The notes under the pieces: generated by a model
The model's input: only the letters and a program-made list of their open reading frames with translations
Told to the model about the DNA's origin: nothing
The model's database searches: none
Shown: piece after piece, positions 58,945-64,000 of the stretch
How the letters are laid out: each line of letters starts with the position of its first letter
Numbering within the stretch: the first letter of the stretch is position 1
Program-made: the position numbers and the translations under genes
Assembly (NCBI GenBank): GCA_963662285.2
Contig: CAXXMV010000006.1
Coordinates: forward strand, 544,001 to 608,000
Direction of reading: 5' to 3'
Length of the DNA stretch: 64,000 bases
Source: a bacterium
Lineage (GTDB): Bacteria; Hinthialibacterota; Hinthialibacteria; Hinthialibacterales; Hinthialibacteraceae

Positions 58945-60388
58945 TGATGGGTTGTGGTCTAGGCGAATTTTTCCTGAGAAATTTCACCCAGTCAATAATG
59001 GCGTATATGAAGAATGATAGCAAGAAGAGCGTAAGAATTAATCTGGTGCGTTGGTTTAAATAGCCTTTCAGGCAGTTGGTTTGGCTCCATGTGTTCCAGC
59101 GGAAGGTTATGATGGTTATGGCCGCTGCTATATCAATAGGCATGGATAAGGTGGTTACCAACAGGCAGCGGGTGGGATGCAATATTGTAATGACTACTCC
59201 GCTTGTCGCCATGACGCCAAACAGGAGACTTAGGATAAGCAATGATAAATAATCCTGCGCCAGTAAAGCAAAGGGTAATACGGGAACCAGTAAGGCGCCG
59301 GCGTTCGACATAGTGAGCCCAAGCGCCATGATGGGACGCGGGATGATGGGGACGCCGTTTTTATCTAGAACTGTGTCATGAGTGATAGATGATGAACCTT
59401 GTTCTTTACGAATCTGTTTTCTCTTTTTGTTATAGATATTGCCTAGAATAGACATGGTTAATGCAAGCGTAACAAAAAATGCAATAATTGTGATTAATAT
59501 CGTTTCTAGTGGAAGAGAGAATGCGTGTTGAAAAATCCAGTATGAGAACAAATTGCAGATTACAGTGATGAAGCAAAATATGATGACGGCAATTATTATT
59601 AATCGTTTTTCAGGTTTGGATTCAGCATTTTTCGTTTGCCATTTCATTTGGAAATAGCCGCCTATCGAGGCGCCAACCAGGTGTGAAATAACGGGCAGTG
59701 AAAAGACCATAGATGCCAGTTTGCCTAAAAATCCTGATTTAACCGAGACTGATGAGATGCCAGCAGCGGCTAGTTTTGGAATTGACGGGGTGATGGCGGA
59801 TAGAATAAGCATTGAGAAGGCTGAAGATGGATTGGAATTCTCCAGGGTCTGTTCCACGAAAGCGATCATTTGTTGCTGCAAAAGTTTGCGGCCCCTTTCG
59901 AGGCGTTTTTTGGTGGTCTCTTGATTTATATCCAACGCAGCGGAGACGCTCTTGATGGATTGATGTTGACGATAAAACAATACTAGTGGTTCACGGTAGG
60001 TTTCGGGGATTTTTTCCAGTTCACGCCACAGGATATCTTCTTCCTCACGGCTGATAGCGCGATTCCGGGGGGAATCAAAGGCATCGATAGGTTGATCGAT
60101 CACGTGATCAGAAATGTCAGAGCCTTTTGATTGACGGTAGAAATTTTTAAGCAGGTTGCGGGCGATGCCGCATAGCCACTGGCGGAATTTCGTTTTATCC
60201 CTTAAATCGGATAGTTTCTTCCATGCAATAATGAAGGTTTCCTGGGCGATGTCTTCGCTATATTGCAGGTTGCCGGTTCCACTATAAGTAATCGAACAGA
60301 TCAGCGATTGATAGCACTCGACCAATTGGCCAAACGCTTGAGCGTCACCCTTGATGCTTAGTTCTATTAATTTTGTTTCATCGTTCAT
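58931..60388 (-). CDS. ECF sigma factor with C-terminal multi-TM extension
   Basis: GD..AFGQLV..Y, EDIAQETF..AWK.L, F..WL.GIARN; region 4 'IPETYREPLVLFY......VS.AL.I.....K.RL.RGR'; followed by ~6-7 hydrophobic helices. Confidence 0.88.
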   Translation of the reverse strand: MNDETKLIELSIKGDAQAFGQLVECYQSLICSITYSGTGNLQYSEDIAQETFIIAWKKLSDLRDKTKFRQWLCGIARNLLKNFYRQSKGSDISDHVIDQPIDAFDSPRNRAISREEEDILWRELEKIPETYREPLVLFYRQHQSIKSVSAALDINQETTKKRLERGRKLLQQQMIAFVEQTLENSNPSSAFSMLILSAITPSIPKLAAAGISSVSVKSGFLGKLASMVFSLPVISHLVGASIGGYFQMKWQTKNAESKPEKRLIIIAVIIFCFITVICNLFSYWIFQHAFSLPLETILITIIAFFVTLALTMSILGNIYNKKRKQIRKEQGSSSITHDTVLDKNGVPIIPRPIMALGLTMSNAGALLVPVLPFALLAQDYLSLLILSLLFGVMATSGVVITILHPTRCLLVTTLSMPIDIAAAITIITFRWNTWSQTNCLKGYLNQRTRLILTLFLLSFFIYAIIDWVKFLRKNSPRPQPINDDL

Positions 60389-60563
60389 TTGATGGTTATC
60401 CTACACGAATTTTATTATTTATATATCTAGTGGATTGGAAAGGCAGATAGGTGACATTTTTTAAAGCATTGATTTCTATCTCCCTTCTCAATTGAGTAAG
60501 AATATCGTGTAATAAGGTTCTGTTTCTCTTTTAATCAATAAGAATTGGAAGGATTTATTAATA

Positions 60564-62504
60564 ATGAGTTCAAAAAATAATAATTCTAATATAAAGCGGC
60601 GTGATTTTGTGAAACATGCAGGGCTGGGCGTTGCTTTGGGCGGGATATTGAGTGGTTGCCAGACTACAGCGAAAAAATGCGACTCAGGTCGTACAGAAAC
60701 AGTTGTTCGGGAACTGACCAAGAACGGTCTGTTAACCCATTACGAAATACTGACTGATATAGTCATCGTGGGCGGGGGGATGTCAGGCGTTTGCGCGGCT
60801 ATAGCCGCAGCCCGCAACGGCGCCAAGGTTGTTTTGATTCAAGACAGGTCGGTTCTGGGCGGCAACGCCTCCAGCGAAATACGTATGCATATTGTCGGCG
60901 CCGACCGGCATGGCGGCAGGAAGGATACTGATTCGAGGGAATCAGGCATTTTGGAAGAGATTCGGCTGGAGATGGCGGTTCGTAATCCAGAACGCAGCCC
61001 CAGCCTATCCGATCTTTTACTTTATGAATGGGTGATGCGTGAGCCTAATATCACCTTGATGCTCGATACGCATTGCTATGGAGTAAAGATGAAAAGTCAA
61101 GACTCTATTGGCGCTGTGCTGGCCTCACGCTTCATGACTGAAGACGTTTTTACCATCAAGGCGCCGCTCTTTATTGATTGCAGTGGAGATGGCCGGGTGG
61201 GCGCTGAAGCTGGAGCGGCTTTCCGGGTTGGCCGGGAGGGGCGCGACGAATATGGCGAACCACTGGCGCCGCTTAAAGCTGATAATCAGACTATGGGCAA
61301 CTCACTAATGTTTATGGCCAGGAAATTAGATCACCCGGTTCCTTTCAAGGCGCCGGATTGGATTCGTAAGTTTGATGGCCCGTTGCCGCACCGGGGCATT
61401 GGTTCGTATGAGTATGGCTTCTGGTGGAACGAGTTGGGCGGCGACAAGGATATTATAAAAGACGGCGAAGATATCCGTCATGAACTGCTATGCAGCGCGC
61501 TGGGCATCTGGGATTTGATCAAAAACAGTGGGCATTATAAAGACAGTGAAAACTGGTCGCTTGATTGGCTGGGCGCTATTCCAGGCAAGCGCGAAAGCCG
61601 GCGCTTTGTTGGCGATTATGTTCTTAAAGAGCAAGATATACGTAAGCCTGAACTGTTTGAAGACGGAGTCGCGTTTGGCGGGTGGAACATAGATCTGCAT
61701 CCAGCCGCTGGATTGAATACTTCAGAAAGTCCTTTTCAATCGCATCCTATTCCACTTTATAATATTCCGTTTAGATCGCTCTATTCCAGGAATATCAAGA
61801 ACCTGATGTTTGCGGGTCGCAACCATAGCGTCACTCATGTAGCGTTCGGCAGCACCAGGGTAATGGGAACCTGCGCGGCAATGGGGCAGGCGGCGGGTGC
61901 GGGGGCTGCTTTATGCGTCAAAAACCAATGCTTGCCGCGAGAATTATACCGCGAATCGATTAATACACTCCAGCAACAACTGCTGAAAGATGACGCATAC
62001 ATCGTTGGTGGAGTTAACGCTGATTCCTATGATCTCGCCCGGACGGCGGCGGTGCGCGCCTCCAGCCAGATGAATTCTTCTACGTCAGCGGCTAATGTTG
62101 TTAATGGAATTACCCGCAGCGTTTATCAGCAATCCAATAAGTGGATTTCGGATAAAAAAGTAAACTTGCCTCAGTGGATTGATCTGAAATTCAAAGAAAG
62201 CAGTCGTATCAGTGAAGTTCACTTGACCTTCGATTCAGGTTTAAACCGGCAATTAACGCTTACCTACAGCGATGGCCATCATTCGCACCAGACGTGGAAG
62301 CCTCAACCGGAGACGGTTCGCGACTATGATATTCAAGTTGTGCATGGCGAGAGCGCGGAGACGGTTGTTAGTGTTACTGGCAATTATCAGCGTAAACTAA
62401 TCCATAAATTCGATGCTCGCATGGCGAGCGGCATACGTTTGATTGTCAAAGCTACTAACGGCGACGATGCAGCGCGGGTTTTCGAAATTCGCGCTTATGC
62501 ATAA
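60564..62504 (+). CDS. Tat-exported FAD-dependent oxidoreductase with C-terminal discoidin (F5/8)-like domain
   Basis: KRRDFV; VGGGMSG.CAA.AAAR.G, LGGNASSE, DCSGDG, KRESRR, DLHP, STRVM. Confidence 0.88.
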   Translation: MSSKNNNSNIKRRDFVKHAGLGVALGGILSGCQTTAKKCDSGRTETVVRELTKNGLLTHYEILTDIVIVGGGMSGVCAAIAAARNGAKVVLIQDRSVLGGNASSEIRMHIVGADRHGGRKDTDSRESGILEEIRLEMAVRNPERSPSLSDLLLYEWVMREPNITLMLDTHCYGVKMKSQDSIGAVLASRFMTEDVFTIKAPLFIDCSGDGRVGAEAGAAFRVGREGRDEYGEPLAPLKADNQTMGNSLMFMARKLDHPVPFKAPDWIRKFDGPLPHRGIGSYEYGFWWNELGGDKDIIKDGEDIRHELLCSALGIWDLIKNSGHYKDSENWSLDWLGAIPGKRESRRFVGDYVLKEQDIRKPELFEDGVAFGGWNIDLHPAAGLNTSESPFQSHPIPLYNIPFRSLYSRNIKNLMFAGRNHSVTHVAFGSTRVMGTCAAMGQAAGAGAALCVKNQCLPRELYRESINTLQQQLLKDDAYIVGGVNADSYDLARTAAVRASSQMNSSTSAANVVNGITRSVYQQSNKWISDKKVNLPQWIDLKFKESSRISEVHLTFDSGLNRQLTLTYSDGHHSHQTWKPQPETVRDYDIQVVHGESAETVVSVTGNYQRKLIHKFDARMASGIRLIVKATNGDDAARVFEIRAYA

Positions 62505-62528
62505 GTAGAGAATAATGGGAGTGACCCA

Positions 62529-63998
62529 ATGAATTACACCATTAGAAGATTTGTCTTTTCCCTGGTTTTACCGGGATTATTTCTTTTATCAATAGCGCCA
62601 GCTTTCGCGGCTATGGGGCCGTTGAAAGTTTCGACGGACAATCCACGGTATTTCGCCGATCTGGATGGGAATATTGTATATTTAACTGGATCGCATACCT
62701 GGGCGTCGTTTCAAGAGAGAGGCCTTGAAGGCGAGACGCCTGATCTGGATTATCCTGAATTCCTCAATTTTATGGAAAAGCATAATCATAATTTTATGCG
62801 CTTATGGATGTGGGAACATGCAACCTGGATGCAGTTTAAGGAAAAGAGCGTACCGGTTAGATATAAACCGTTGCGTTATATGAGAACCGGGCCGGGAAAG
62901 GCGCTCGATGGTGGTTTGAAATTTGACGTCACCCAATTTAATCCGGAGTTTTTTGAACGCCTACGTGAGCGGGTGTTTCTAGCGCGGGAGAAAGGTATTT
63001 ATGTCGGCGTTATGCTTTTTCAGGGATTCAGCATCGAACAAAAAGGTAAAAAAGGCGTCAATACCCGAATGGGCAATCCCTGGGATGGTCATCCATTCAA
63101 TAAGAACAATAACATTAATGGCATTGATGGCGACTTGAATGGCGACGGCGAGGGTGAAGAGGTTCATACCCTGGCTAATTCCACCATTACTGCAATCCAG
63201 GAAAAATTCGTTGCCAGAGTTATTGATGAACTCAATGGTTTTGATAATATCATTTGGGAAATCAGCAACGAGAGTCATGGCGATTCGACGGAATGGCAGT
63301 ATCAGATGATACGCTTCATCAAGGAATACGAATCGACTAAGAAATATCAACATCCTGTATGGATGACTTTCCAATTTTCAGGACACGCCAGAGGCGATAA
63401 CGATGCTTTATTTGATAGTCCGGCGGATGCTATTTCACCGGATGGAACAGATGGATTCAATGATAATCCTCCCGATTTGGAAGGGAATAAAATTGTGATC
63501 TCTGACACGGATCATATCGATCCGTGGTTGAAGAATATAAGTTATAAATGGGCATGGAAGAGTTTTGTGCGGGGAATTAATCCTATAGTAATGGATTCTT
63601 ATAAAGATATACGGCAGCCGGATGATATGGAAAAACTTGAGAAGATGCGCGAGGTTTTAGGACAGACTTTTCTTTTCTCGAAAATTATTGACTTGAAGAA
63701 CATGATTCCACAAAACGAACTATGTTCTTCAGGATATTGTCTGGCGCAGGTGGGTGAAGAATATCTGGCTTATCAGCCGGAATCGGAAAAACTGTTTTGG
63801 GTGGATTTACCCGGCGGATCGTATCAGGTCGATCTATTTTCGCCCCGTAAGGGAAAAGTGATAACATCCATCGCAGTAACAAGCAATATGCAGAAGAAGC
63901 AATTGATCCCCATCTTTTTTTATGGCGATGTGGTTGCGCATATAAAGAGACAAGTTTTCGGCGAAGAAGATAATAAAGCAGCGGATGGGAATTCTTAA
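62529..63998 (+). CDS. Secreted DUF6298-like protein (GH5/GH140-like barrel plus collagen-binding-like tail)
   Basis: GPL.V...NPRYF....G..VYLTGSHTW, NFMRLW.WE, WEISNE, SDTDH. Confidence 0.72.
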   Translation: MNYTIRRFVFSLVLPGLFLLSIAPAFAAMGPLKVSTDNPRYFADLDGNIVYLTGSHTWASFQERGLEGETPDLDYPEFLNFMEKHNHNFMRLWMWEHATWMQFKEKSVPVRYKPLRYMRTGPGKALDGGLKFDVTQFNPEFFERLRERVFLAREKGIYVGVMLFQGFSIEQKGKKGVNTRMGNPWDGHPFNKNNNINGIDGDLNGDGEGEEVHTLANSTITAIQEKFVARVIDELNGFDNIIWEISNESHGDSTEWQYQMIRFIKEYESTKKYQHPVWMTFQFSGHARGDNDALFDSPADAISPDGTDGFNDNPPDLEGNKIVISDTDHIDPWLKNISYKWAWKSFVRGINPIVMDSYKDIRQPDDMEKLEKMREVLGQTFLFSKIIDLKNMIPQNELCSSGYCLAQVGEEYLAYQPESEKLFWVDLPGGSYQVDLFSPRKGKVITSIAVTSNMQKKQLIPIFFYGDVVAHIKRQVFGEEDNKAADGNS

Positions 63999-64000
63999 TG

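Noticed and set aside
1602-63882. Numerous short antisense or overlapping ORFs in the track (e.g. 2898-3326, 10598-11116, 31828-32412, 38679-39350, 46342-46929)
   Set aside because: Shadow frames of well-supported genes with no recognisable motifs

Overview
Bacterial chromosomal window of moderate GC with AT-rich intergenic regions. It is dominated by secreted carbohydrate/sulfate-active and hypothetical proteins, plus housekeeping-type genes (eda-kdgK, nagA, nrnA, UbiD-family decarboxylase, alr-family racemase, macrodomain, DegT aminotransferase). Four paralogous GspG-like prepilin genes (AIAVPNFLNAQ...YxxSNGxxSxG type) suggest a Sumerlaeota/Ca. Hinthialibacterota-like lineage (inference only). 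The most structured region is 14.2-27.1 kb, where two tandem, diverged versions of one locus [REPIN - DUF1080 - pilin - variable cargo - nrnA] are joined at a GTAG-REP; the first carries a truncated nrnA and a 2.3-kb frameshifted IS with a 5-bp target duplication. Other signals: two REP-like palindrome families, a 114-bp TA-flanked MITE, a promoter-to-terminator ~70-nt candidate sRNA, a mirror-symmetric double extended -10 promoter, a possible C-terminal V-x-x-[WF]-x(1,2)-Y sorting tag, an OYE/GltD-like fusion flavoenzyme and a racemase with broad-spectrum (Bsr)-like residues. No rRNA, tRNA or CRISPR array was recognised. All alignments and counts were done by eye.
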